From the NCBI GenBank assembly GCA_900066355.1, contig FMEL01000017.1:11935-75934 (forward strand): a stretch of 64,000 bases of DNA, read 5' to 3'. Below, piece after piece: positions 18,549 through 26,990 of this stretch. This DNA is from an uncultured Ruminococcus sp. Its GTDB lineage: Bacteria; Bacillota; Clostridia; Lachnospirales; Lachnospiraceae. The stretch's first letter is position 1. Each line of letters opens with the position of its first letter. The notes under the pieces were generated by a model. It was given only the letters and a program-made list of their open reading frames with translations, ran no database searches and was not told the origin of the DNA. Position numbers and translations under genes: made by a program.

Positions 18549-20162
18549 ATGAAACAGATTTACAAGAAACTTCTCGCCGCTGTATTGGGCGTGAGTATGC
18601 TTCTGTCTATGGTCGGCTGTGGTCAGAATGATACCTCCGATCAGACGCAGACTGGCGGTGAAAACGAAGCGAAGGTACTGACGATCGTCACGGCTAAGGA
18701 ATTGGACAGCCTTACGACACTGACCATGAACAAGGAAAACAATATTGCCTGTGGCCTGGTCTATGAGACTTTAGTCGCCTATGAGGACGGGGAAATTGTT
18801 CCCGAACTGGCCGAGGAATGGGGATGGGATGAGACAAATACTGTCCTTACCTTTAAGCTCCGTCAGGATGTTGCTTTTACAGATGGAGCCGCTTTTAATG
18901 CGGAAAGCGTAAAGAAAATTCTGGACTTTGACCGTTCCAACCCTAATTTTAGCGGTATCAAGGGCATTTACAACATTGAAAGCGTAGAGGTTGTTGACGA
19001 ATACACGGTGGCCGTTCATTATGCTGCCCCTTGCTTCTCTTATATCAATGACTTCTGCTTCCAGAATGTTGCTGGTATGATGTCCCCGAATGTGTTTGAA
19101 GCTGAAAACTTCCAGACATTCACAGATGTTGTCGGCACTGGTCCATACATCCGCGAAGAAATGATTTCCGGTGACTGCACCCGTTTTGTCAGAAATGAAA
19201 ACTATTGGGGCGAAGCTCCTTACTATGATGAAGTTGTCATAAAGTATATCCCGGAGGCATCTTCCAGACTTCAGGCATTACAGACTGGTGAGGTTGACCT
19301 GATTTACGGTGCTGACCTTCTCAGCTATGATGACTATAATCAGGCTCTTTCTCTGGATGGGATCGAGGGCGCAATCAATGATGGAAATACCCTGACCCGG
19401 AACCTGGTTCTGAATGCGACCAGCGAAATTTTGAGCGATCTTAAGGTTCGCCAGGCGATTGCATACGCTGTCAATAAGGAAGAAATCACCAAGGGCCTGA
19501 CCTATGGATACGAAACTCCGGCCACCAGCCTGTTTGCACCCGGAGCGCCCTACACAGACATTACTTATAACAGCACATGGAGCTATGATCTGGATAAAGC
19601 AAATGCACTTCTGGATGAAGCTGGATGGGTGATGAATGAAAGCACTGGTATCCGTGAAAAAGATGGACAGCAGCTTTCCCTGAATTACACCTATTGGACT
19701 GATCTTTCTCTTGCACAGGACATGGCTCTTGCAATTAAGACCCAGCTTGCAGAGGTTGGTATTGACGTAACCACTACCGGCCAGGATCAGATGACCTGGT
19801 GGACCGAAGGCGTTGCAGGAAATTATGACATTACAACATGGAATACAGAAGGGTCTTATACTGAACCGCACAAGTTCCTGCAGGAATCCCTCGGTGCTGA
19901 TCCTCATGCTATTTCCTTGCAGGCACTTGAGGATTTCCAGAGCTATTCGGATGCGGTAAATGCGTTCTCCACCTCTGCTGATCCCGAAGTGGTTCAGAGT
20001 GCGATTGCTACTGCACTGAATGTTTCCAACGACAATGTGATTGACCTTCCGATCTCCTATTCTAAGGATCTGGTTGTATATAATTCCTCCAAAATCGCCG
20101 GATATACTTTCTCCAGCGTGCCACAGTTCTTTGAGATCGATAACGTACAGCCTGCGGAATAA
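18549..20162 (+). CDS. Family-5 solute-binding lipoprotein (NikA/OppA/DppA-like)
   Basis: 537 aa. It has a signal peptide with the lipobox LSMVGC. The size and the ...LVYETLV...ELAE.W... pattern fit SBP family 5. Confidence 0.8.
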   Translation: MKQIYKKLLAAVLGVSMLLSMVGCGQNDTSDQTQTGGENEAKVLTIVTAKELDSLTTLTMNKENNIACGLVYETLVAYEDGEIVPELAEEWGWDETNTVLTFKLRQDVAFTDGAAFNAESVKKILDFDRSNPNFSGIKGIYNIESVEVVDEYTVAVHYAAPCFSYINDFCFQNVAGMMSPNVFEAENFQTFTDVVGTGPYIREEMISGDCTRFVRNENYWGEAPYYDEVVIKYIPEASSRLQALQTGEVDLIYGADLLSYDDYNQALSLDGIEGAINDGNTLTRNLVLNATSEILSDLKVRQAIAYAVNKEEITKGLTYGYETPATSLFAPGAPYTDITYNSTWSYDLDKANALLDEAGWVMNESTGIREKDGQQLSLNYTYWTDLSLAQDMALAIKTQLAEVGIDVTTTGQDQMTWWTEGVAGNYDITTWNTEGSYTEPHKFLQESLGADPHAISLQALEDFQSYSDAVNAFSTSADPEVVQSAIATALNVSNDNVIDLPISYSKDLVVYNSSKIAGYTFSSVPQFFEIDNVQPAE

Positions 20163-20231
20163 ATATAATCCAATGTCTAAATGGAGTGTTTAACGCCCTA
20201 TCAGAGTGGCAGAAAATAGCCGAATAGATAT

Positions 20232-20272
20232 AATAGAGGTTGGTTAGAAGTGTTTAACCAATCTCTATTTTT
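20232..20272 (+). terminator. Long AT-rich hairpin plus T-run between the SBP gene and the ABC half-transporter genes (terminator or attenuator)
   Basis: AATAGAGGTTGGTTA (20232-20246) pairs with TAACCAATCTCTATT (20255-20269) over 15 bp with one G-T. A TTT run follows, and the RBS of the next gene starts at 20276. Confidence 0.55.
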
Positions 20273-20293
20273 ATGAAAAGGAGCGTATGTGAA

Positions 20294-22033
20294 ATGGACA
20301 AGAAAGATAATCCCATGTCCAGACTGATGGAACTTGCCGCTCCATATAAGGGTGAATATGTTCTTTCAGTGATTTTGGCAATCCTGGGTGTTGCCGCCGG
20401 ATTGCTGCCGTTTTTTGCAGTTTCAAAAATTGTGATTCTCTTGATGGATGGAGAGACATCTGTGTCCGTCTATATGGAGTGGTGTCTGATTGCGGGAATT
20501 GGTTTCCTTGGGAAAGTATGCTTTGCAAATTTCTCTACTTTAGTTTCCCATACGGCCACTTTCGCAACTCTGGCGGAGATCCGCCTGAAACTAGCAGATA
20601 AACTTACCAGGGTTCCGATGGGCTATATGATTAACACCCCATCGGGAGAATTAAAAAATGTCTTGGTAGATCGTGTGGAGGGAATGGAAACGACCCTTGC
20701 GCATTTAGTACCGGAGCTGACAGCGAATCTCTGTATTCCGATTTGTATTCTGATTTACCTACTGTTTTTGGATTGGAGAATGGCGCTGGCTGCATTGATT
20801 ACCCTGCCGATTGGTATGTTGTGCTATAAGGGAATGGCAAATGGATATGAAGAAAAATTCCAGGGTCTTATTATGCGCATGCGTAAAATGACCAGCACTG
20901 TGGTTGAGTATATCGGCGGAATAGAAGTCATTAAGGCGTTTAATCAGTCTGCTAATTCTTACCAGAAATATTCAGATGCCGTTGAAGATAATGCGGCCTA
21001 TGCTGTGAACTGGATGAAAAGCGTGCAGCTTTACAAATCCATGCTTGTTACAATCTGGCCCAGTGTGTTAGTGTGTGTTCTTCCTATTGGCTGTGTCCTG
21101 TACCGGAACGGGAGCCTGAGCGTTCCGGCATTTGTTACCTGTATCGTGCTGTCATTGGGTATTATCACACCAATTTTAAATGCCATGAACTTTACGGACA
21201 GCATTTCTCAAATGAAATCAGTAGTCGGGGAATTGTGCGCCGTATTGGATGAAAAAGAACTGGATCGCCCGGAAACGCCGGTGTCTATTCATTCTTCCAA
21301 TATTGTGTTAGAAAACGTCAGCTTTTCGTATGAAAGCGAAAAGCCATTGCTAAAAAATATCAACCTTTCTATTCCAGAAAACAGCATTACCGCTTTTGTC
21401 GGTCCCAGTGGCGGCGGCAAGTCTACCATTACGAAGCTGATTGCGGGATTTTGGGATGTAACAAACGGAACTGTCAAGTTAGACGGAACAGATATTCGCA
21501 AAATTCCGTTGTCACAGCTTATGGATAACATCGCTTATATTTCACAGGACAACTATCTTTTTGACGAAACTGTTTTAGAAAATATCCGTATGGGAAAACC
21601 ATCCGCAACGGATGAAGAAGTATATCAGGCTGCCAGAGATTGTGGCTGCTATGATTTCATTCTGAATCTGGAAAATGGATTCCATACAGTTGTCGGAGGT
21701 GCAGGAGGTCACTTGTCGGGCGGTGAGCGCCAGAGAATTGCGATTGCCCGCGCTGTACTGAAAAATGCGCCGATTGTTATTCTTGACGAGGCAACCGCTT
21801 ACATTGACGCCGAGAATGAAGCCTTAATTCAAGAGGCAATGGCAAAAGTGATTGCCGGGAAAACCGTTCTGATGATTGCGCACCGTCTTTCTACGATTAC
21901 CGATGCAGATAAAATTGTTGTCATAAAAGATGGGCAGATTATTGACGAAGGAACACATGAAAACTTATTGACTTCCTGTACGCTCTATCAGGAAATGTGG
22001 AAAGCGCACATGGACACAAAAGATGTGGCGTAG
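20294..22033 (+). CDS. ABC half-transporter (fused TMD-NBD), PchH/YbtP/IrtA-like
   Basis: Track ORF is 20273-22033. ATG 20294 has a better spacing to AAAGGAG at 20277-20283. It has an N-terminal 6-TM domain, Walker A GPSGGGKST, signature LSGGERQRI and Walker B ILDEAT. Confidence 0.85.
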   Translation: MDKKDNPMSRLMELAAPYKGEYVLSVILAILGVAAGLLPFFAVSKIVILLMDGETSVSVYMEWCLIAGIGFLGKVCFANFSTLVSHTATFATLAEIRLKLADKLTRVPMGYMINTPSGELKNVLVDRVEGMETTLAHLVPELTANLCIPICILIYLLFLDWRMALAALITLPIGMLCYKGMANGYEEKFQGLIMRMRKMTSTVVEYIGGIEVIKAFNQSANSYQKYSDAVEDNAAYAVNWMKSVQLYKSMLVTIWPSVLVCVLPIGCVLYRNGSLSVPAFVTCIVLSLGIITPILNAMNFTDSISQMKSVVGELCAVLDEKELDRPETPVSIHSSNIVLENVSFSYESEKPLLKNINLSIPENSITAFVGPSGGGKSTITKLIAGFWDVTNGTVKLDGTDIRKIPLSQLMDNIAYISQDNYLFDETVLENIRMGKPSATDEEVYQAARDCGCYDFILNLENGFHTVVGGAGGHLSGGERQRIAIARAVLKNAPIVILDEATAYIDAENEALIQEAMAKVIAGKTVLMIAHRLSTITDADKIVVIKDGQIIDEGTHENLLTSCTLYQEMWKAHMDTKDVA

Positions 22034-22044
22034 GAGGTGCGAAG

Positions 22045-23775
22045 ATGATAAAGACATTAAGCAAGATTTATCAGTTTTCAGGGAAAATGCAGGGGACAAT
22101 GAAAAAAGCTATCCTTTTTTCTGTCCTGCACTCCCTTTTTGATATGATGTCCTTTGGAGCATTAGCCATGGTTTTTTCGGGTTTAACAGACGGTTTTACT
22201 ACGTCTATGATCTGGATGATATTTGGAATCACCCTGGCAAGTATGCTGCTTAAAATTTATTGCAGCTACATTTCAGATTTCGGCAAGGTGCAAATTGGAT
22301 ATTTTATGTGCGCGGAGAAACGGATTCATATTGGAGATCGCATGAAATATATGCCGATGGGGTATTTCAACGATCACAATTTGGGGAATTTGACTTCTGT
22401 CGTCACTACGACTATGGGCGATATTGAAAATAATGCGTCCATGGTGCTAACCAACATATTAGGCGGCTATATCCATGCAGCGATTATTACTATTGTTATG
22501 CTCTGTATCGACTGGCGGATCGGACTGACGATTTTGTGCGGGATTCTGCTTTTTACATGGTGCATCGGCCGGTTACAGAAAAAATCGGAAACGGTTTCGC
22601 CACAAAGACAGCAGGCCCAGGAGACTCTCGTTTCTAATGTACTGGAATACGTTCAAGGGATGCTGATTGTAAAATCCTTTAATCTCGGTCAAAATTCCAA
22701 TAGCAAAATGAGACAGGCAATTCTGGACAGCAAGGATAAAAATCTGAAATTAGAGCGTACATTCGTCCCTTACAATATGCTGCAACAAATCATTCTCTAC
22801 GGAACAAGTATTCTTGTTATAGTGGAGGGGTTGTACTTTTACCTGAATGGAACGATGGCGCTTTCCATTTGCCTGCTTATGACAGTAGCATCATTTATGC
22901 TCTTTAGTCAGCTTCAGTCGGCGGGGAATACTTCCTCTCTCCTGCGGTTACTGGATGTTTCGATTGACAAGGTAAACGAAATTGATAACACGCCCGTTAT
23001 GGACGAACATGGTAAACCTATTAATCCCCCAAATTATAATATTGTTTTTGATGATGTTTCTTTTTCCTATGGAGAACACAAGATTCTGGATCATGTGAGC
23101 CTCTCTATTCCCGAAAAAACCGTAACGGCTATTGTTGGTCCGTCCGGTGCCGGAAAAAGTACGCTTTGTAACCTAATCGCTCGATTCTGGGATGTTGACG
23201 ATGGAAAAATTACAATCGGCGGTATAGATGTTCGAGATTACACACTGGACAGTCTGCTCACCAATATCAGTGAGGTATTCCAGAAGGTATATCTTTTTGC
23301 TGATACCATAGAAAATAATATCAAATTCGGCAATCCAGCGGCTTCCCATAACGAAGTTGTAAAAGCAGCTCAAAAGGCGTGCTGCCATGATTTTATTATG
23401 AGTCTGCCTGATGGCTACGACACCGTTATTGGTGAGGGAGGCGCTACATTGTCCGGTGGTGAAAAACAACGGATTTCGATTGCCAGAGCAATCTTGAAAG
23501 ACGCTCCTATCATCATTTTAGACGAAGCTACATCAAGTGTTGATCCAGAGAATGAAAATCTTCTGATGGGCGCTATTTCAGAGCTGACGAAGAATAAAAC
23601 GGTTATTATGATAGCTCATCGGCTAAAAACAGTCAGAAATGCGGATCAGATTTTTGTATTGTCAGGTGGTCACATTGTTCAGACAGGCAAACATGAGGAT
23701 TTGATAAGGCAGCCTGGTATTTATGCAGATTTCATTGGTATTCGTAAGAAAGCGATTGGATGGAAATTGAGATAA
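22045..23775 (+). CDS. ABC half-transporter (fused TMD-NBD), PchI/YbtQ/IrtB-like
   Basis: Track ORF is 21997-23775. I moved the start to ATG 22045, which follows TAGGAGG. Walker A GPSGAGKST, signature LSGGEKQRI, Walker B ILDEATS. Confidence 0.85.
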   Translation: MIKTLSKIYQFSGKMQGTMKKAILFSVLHSLFDMMSFGALAMVFSGLTDGFTTSMIWMIFGITLASMLLKIYCSYISDFGKVQIGYFMCAEKRIHIGDRMKYMPMGYFNDHNLGNLTSVVTTTMGDIENNASMVLTNILGGYIHAAIITIVMLCIDWRIGLTILCGILLFTWCIGRLQKKSETVSPQRQQAQETLVSNVLEYVQGMLIVKSFNLGQNSNSKMRQAILDSKDKNLKLERTFVPYNMLQQIILYGTSILVIVEGLYFYLNGTMALSICLLMTVASFMLFSQLQSAGNTSSLLRLLDVSIDKVNEIDNTPVMDEHGKPINPPNYNIVFDDVSFSYGEHKILDHVSLSIPEKTVTAIVGPSGAGKSTLCNLIARFWDVDDGKITIGGIDVRDYTLDSLLTNISEVFQKVYLFADTIENNIKFGNPAASHNEVVKAAQKACCHDFIMSLPDGYDTVIGEGGATLSGGEKQRISIARAILKDAPIIILDEATSSVDPENENLLMGAISELTKNKTVIMIAHRLKTVRNADQIFVLSGGHIVQTGKHEDLIRQPGIYADFIGIRKKAIGWKLR

Positions 23776-23926
23776 GAGCTCCTACTTCCAGAGTAGTACG
23801 GACAGTTCGCTTCTCTATATAGACCATTGCAGGGAGGGACAGATCGAAAATGTTATACATTTGGTTATGTGCCACATTATACATTAAGAAAAAATGAGAT
23901 TGGAACTTTGGGAAGAGTCAGAAGAA

Positions 23927-23959
23927 GATGAATGAGGGCACAAAGTGCCCTCATTCATC
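23927..23959. terminator. Perfect 15-bp-stem hairpin between convergent genes (overlaps the relaxase stop codon)
   Basis: GATGAATGAGGGCAC-AAA-GTGCCCTCATTCATC. The relaxase stop (reverse complement of 23951-23953) lies in the right arm. Confidence 0.55.
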
Positions 23960-25330
23960 TCTCGAGATAGGTACTGATTCTCGTTTTGTCTGAAGTGAAT
24001 CGGATTTTACATTTGGAGTATACATCAAAGCAATGAAATTCTGCTGGATGATATCTAGTGTCTTCTGTTTTTTCTGTAATTCCTGTTTTTCGCGGACAGT
24101 AGCTGCCTGTTCAGATTCAAGATTTTCAATCCGTTTTTGGATTTTATTAGAGCTTGGGATTTTGGTAACACCGAGATCCTGAAGCTCTTTTTTTAGTGAA
24201 TCGTGGAGCTGGTATTCTGCCTGATGCTTGGTTCGGTATGCTTTTGGATTTTTAGCAGATCTGCAATCTTCAATCACTTTACGGCAAAGCCGGTAAGAAT
24301 CACAGTGTTTCTGAATGATTTTCTGTGTGCTCAGCTCACTGTTGATTTGCGTTATTCTCTGCTCAGCCGCTTTAACAGAAGCATTAACATCAGAAAGATG
24401 CTGCTGGAAATCTTCATAATTCAGTAGGTTATTTTCGGAAAGATAGTTGAAGGTGCGGGCCGCCTCTTTCAAATTATTGAGCTTTGCCCATCGTTCAAAT
24501 CCTTCTCGATTGCCGGTTGTAACATACGTGGAGATATTGATATACAGGCGGGCTTCTCTGGACAGATGCTTTGGAGCTTTTACTTTGCTACGATTTTTTG
24601 CCAGGCGGATGCGAACATTTTCTTCGGAATAATAGCTTCCGAGAGATTTCATATAAGTGAAGTTTTTCTGCTCTGGTGCACGGAAGGACAGGTGCTTTCC
24701 TTGGCGGATTTCATATCCGGCTAACTGCATCTTTTGCAGAAATTCCTCATAGTTGATGGAAGCCCAGATTGCCTTATCAACCGCAACACGTAGCTTGGCT
24801 TTCCAACTGGTGCCACGATGATATTCCATGTTCTCTTTATAGCTTTTGCCTTTTTCTCCGATTGGCATACTGGTGGTAAGTCCGTTTTCATGGCAGATAC
24901 GATTACTGATCCGGCAGAGTTTATGGTAGCTCCGCTTATTGGAAACATACTTGTGATGATCAACAAAGCTTGCAGCGTTGAAGATGATGTGATTGTGAAT
25001 ATGATTTTTGTCAACGTGGGTGCTGATCACATACTCATATTTTCCTTTTAGTACTTCATCTGCGAATTGCTGTCCTAAGCGATGGGCGGTTTCGGCATCA
25101 ACTTCTCCAGGTTTGAACGACTGGATCAGATGAAATGCCAGGTTATCACCTTTATCCATTCCATTCTTTTTTGCCATTTCTCTAGTCATAGAAAATTCAA
25201 GATCTGCAGTTTCCGGGGAACAGCCAAAACTGGAAACTAACAGTTTTTCTTCTGTTTTATCTGGATTTGTGATGTAGTCCAGAGCTTTCTTGTCTGTTAC
25301 TTTAATGGGGAAGATCTTAAGATACGCCAT
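23951..25330 (-). CDS. MobA/VirD2-family relaxase (relaxase/mobilisation nuclease domain)
   Basis: 459 aa. It has the histidine triad HVDKNHIHNHIIFN, the N-terminus MAYLKIFPIKVTDKKALDYITNPDKT typical of this relaxase family, and a coiled-coil C-terminus. Confidence 0.85.
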   Translation of the reverse strand: MAYLKIFPIKVTDKKALDYITNPDKTEEKLLVSSFGCSPETADLEFSMTREMAKKNGMDKGDNLAFHLIQSFKPGEVDAETAHRLGQQFADEVLKGKYEYVISTHVDKNHIHNHIIFNAASFVDHHKYVSNKRSYHKLCRISNRICHENGLTTSMPIGEKGKSYKENMEYHRGTSWKAKLRVAVDKAIWASINYEEFLQKMQLAGYEIRQGKHLSFRAPEQKNFTYMKSLGSYYSEENVRIRLAKNRSKVKAPKHLSREARLYINISTYVTTGNREGFERWAKLNNLKEAARTFNYLSENNLLNYEDFQQHLSDVNASVKAAEQRITQINSELSTQKIIQKHCDSYRLCRKVIEDCRSAKNPKAYRTKHQAEYQLHDSLKKELQDLGVTKIPSSNKIQKRIENLESEQAATVREKQELQKKQKTLDIIQQNFIALMYTPNVKSDSLQTKRESVPISRDE

Positions 25331-25620
25331 AATTCTTTCACCATCTCTTTCAATTCTTGCATTTCTTCCGGATATAGATCTCCGGTGGTATTTACCTTTT
25401 TTGCAATCTGGTTGATATTTACACCAATCTTGTGCATTTCCTCATACTGTTTCTTCAGTGGAGTGGTATCTGTGTTGACGATGTAACCGTCGATTGCCAT
25501 TTTGCGAAGATAAGCTCCCATGTTTTTGGTCTTTGATTCAATCATCTTTCTACGGATAAGCTTCCGTTCTTCTTCTGTGACATAGAAATGGATTTCTTTG
25601 CTTCTCTTTCTTTCAGCCAT
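25297..25620 (-). CDS. MobC-type relaxosome accessory protein
   Basis: 107 aa. RKRSKEIHFYVTEEERKLIRRKM is a ribbon-helix-helix-like start. It lies immediately upstream of the relaxase and overlaps it. Confidence 0.75.
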   Translation of the reverse strand: MAERKRSKEIHFYVTEEERKLIRRKMIESKTKNMGAYLRKMAIDGYIVNTDTTPLKKQYEEMHKIGVNINQIAKKVNTTGDLYPEEMQELKEMVKELWRILRSSPLK

Positions 25621-25674
25621 TGGCGTGTTCTCCTTTCTGAGAAGGTAGTAGTATCGTTGCTTTCAGCTTTTTTC

Positions 25675-25729
25675 AATTTAGGGCAGGGTTCCCTAAATTG
25701 GGATTTCCCGGAAGTGTATCCTCACTTCC
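25675..25729. other. Candidate oriT inverted repeats upstream of mobC
   Basis: AATTTAGGG-CAGGGTT-CCCTAAATT (25675-25699) and GGAAGTG-TATCCT-CACTTCC (25710-25729) both lie in the mobC leader region. Confidence 0.4.
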
Positions 25730-25869
25730 TGTCCTTGCTGTTTTACCCCTCTATTAGTTAAAGTCAGGAGAACCGGAAAAATGCAAAAGAATTTGGCAGG
25801 TAGTATGGGATACGAAAATGTGGTATGATTATGGGCAGGATATCAGAAAAATCAGGAGTTGAATAGATT

Positions 25870-26244
25870 GTGAAGAAAGAAGAAATTTTTGAATATGTGC
25901 AGAAACAGTATGGCACAATGCCGGAATATTTATGGAGTAAACTATCGGACAGTGCAGTACTTCGACATAAAAATGGGAAATGGTATGCAGTGATCATGAC
26001 GGTTGAAAAATCGAAACTGGGATTAGAGGGAAATGATCTGGTTGAAATCATGGATGTAAAGTGCGATCCAGAAATGACCAGCATGATTATTCAGACTTAT
26101 GGATTTTTACCAGGATACCATATGAATAAACAGCACTGGGTCACGATTTTACTGGATGGTTCAGTCAGTGAAGCGAAGATATTGGACTTTTTGGATATGA
26201 GCTATGACCTGATTGACGGAGCAGACAGAAAGGAAGAAAAATGA
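25870..26244 (+). CDS. MmcQ/YjbR-family protein
   Basis: 124 aa with a GTG start. IFEYVQKQYGTMPEYLWSKLSDSAVLRHKNGKWYAVIM... matches the YjbR/MmcQ family pattern. Confidence 0.7.
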   Translation: MKKEEIFEYVQKQYGTMPEYLWSKLSDSAVLRHKNGKWYAVIMTVEKSKLGLEGNDLVEIMDVKCDPEMTSMIIQTYGFLPGYHMNKQHWVTILLDGSVSEAKILDFLDMSYDLIDGADRKEEK

Positions 26245-26675
26245 GAACAGCGATAGTATACGCATCTGTGCATCATGGAAATACAGAAAAATTAGTAAAG
26301 AGGATCGCAGAAGAATGTCAGGTGGATTTGATTGATGCTGTGAAACAGCCAGATGCAGACCTGAGCAGTTATGATATGATTGGGTTTGCATCAGGAATCT
26401 ATTTTTCAAAGTTTCATCAGTCGATATTGGAATTTGCAGAGAAGAATCTACCGGACGACAAAAAGATATTTCTGATCTGTACTTATGGCGGGAGTGCTAA
26501 TTATAAAACCATAGAGCAGATTTTGGATAAAAGACATGCCAGTGTGGTTGGAAAATTTGGCTGTAAAGGGTATGACACATTCGGACCATTTAAACTGGTT
26601 GGAGGTATTGCTAAAGACCATCCGAATGAAGAAGATATGAAAAACGCAGCGGACTTCGTAAAAGGATTACACTGA
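26241..26675 (+). CDS. Flavodoxin-family protein
   Basis: 144 aa. IVYASVHHGNTEKL (FMN phosphate loop-like) and IGFASGIY. It has an ATGA overlap with the previous gene. Confidence 0.7.
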   Translation: MRTAIVYASVHHGNTEKLVKRIAEECQVDLIDAVKQPDADLSSYDMIGFASGIYFSKFHQSILEFAEKNLPDDKKIFLICTYGGSANYKTIEQILDKRHASVVGKFGCKGYDTFGPFKLVGGIAKDHPNEEDMKNAADFVKGLH

Positions 26676-26688
26676 TTTTTGAGTAAAA

Positions 26689-26720
26689 GGAAAACCGGGG
26701 ATTTTACTCCTCGGTTTTCT
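26689..26720. terminator. Hairpin between convergent genes
   Basis: GGAAAACCGGGGA / TCCTCGGTTTTCT form an imperfect stem of about 13 bp with the loop TTTTAC. Confidence 0.45.
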
Positions 26721-26733
26721 GGCAGTTGTGTTT

Positions 26734-26934
26734 CTAGTCTTCAACCTGAAAAATATCTTCTACAGGCACTTTCAGGTAATGTGCCAGCCGGATTGCAATC
26801 TCAAGAGAGGGATTACGTTCTCCACGTTCGATGCGGCCTATAGTCTGGCTGCAGGAACCTATGGCTTCAGCCAAATCTGCTTGAATGAGATTCCGTTCTT
26901 CACGAATATCTTTTAGTGTATTATTGATTGCCAT
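26734..26934 (-). CDS. XRE-family HTH regulator (Cro/CI-like, 66 aa)
   Basis: LKDIREERNLIQADLAEAIGSCSQTIGRIERGERNPSLEIAIRLAHYL. Confidence 0.85.
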   Translation of the reverse strand: MAINNTLKDIREERNLIQADLAEAIGSCSQTIGRIERGERNPSLEIAIRLAHYLKVPVEDIFQVED

Positions 26935-26990
26935 TCAATCACTTCCTTTGCTTATTGTTATCAGCAGGATCATGAACCTGCTGTTGAAAT

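Noticed and set aside
19278-19907. 209-aa ORF on the minus strand
   Set aside because: It is antisense to the SBP gene. Shadow ORF.
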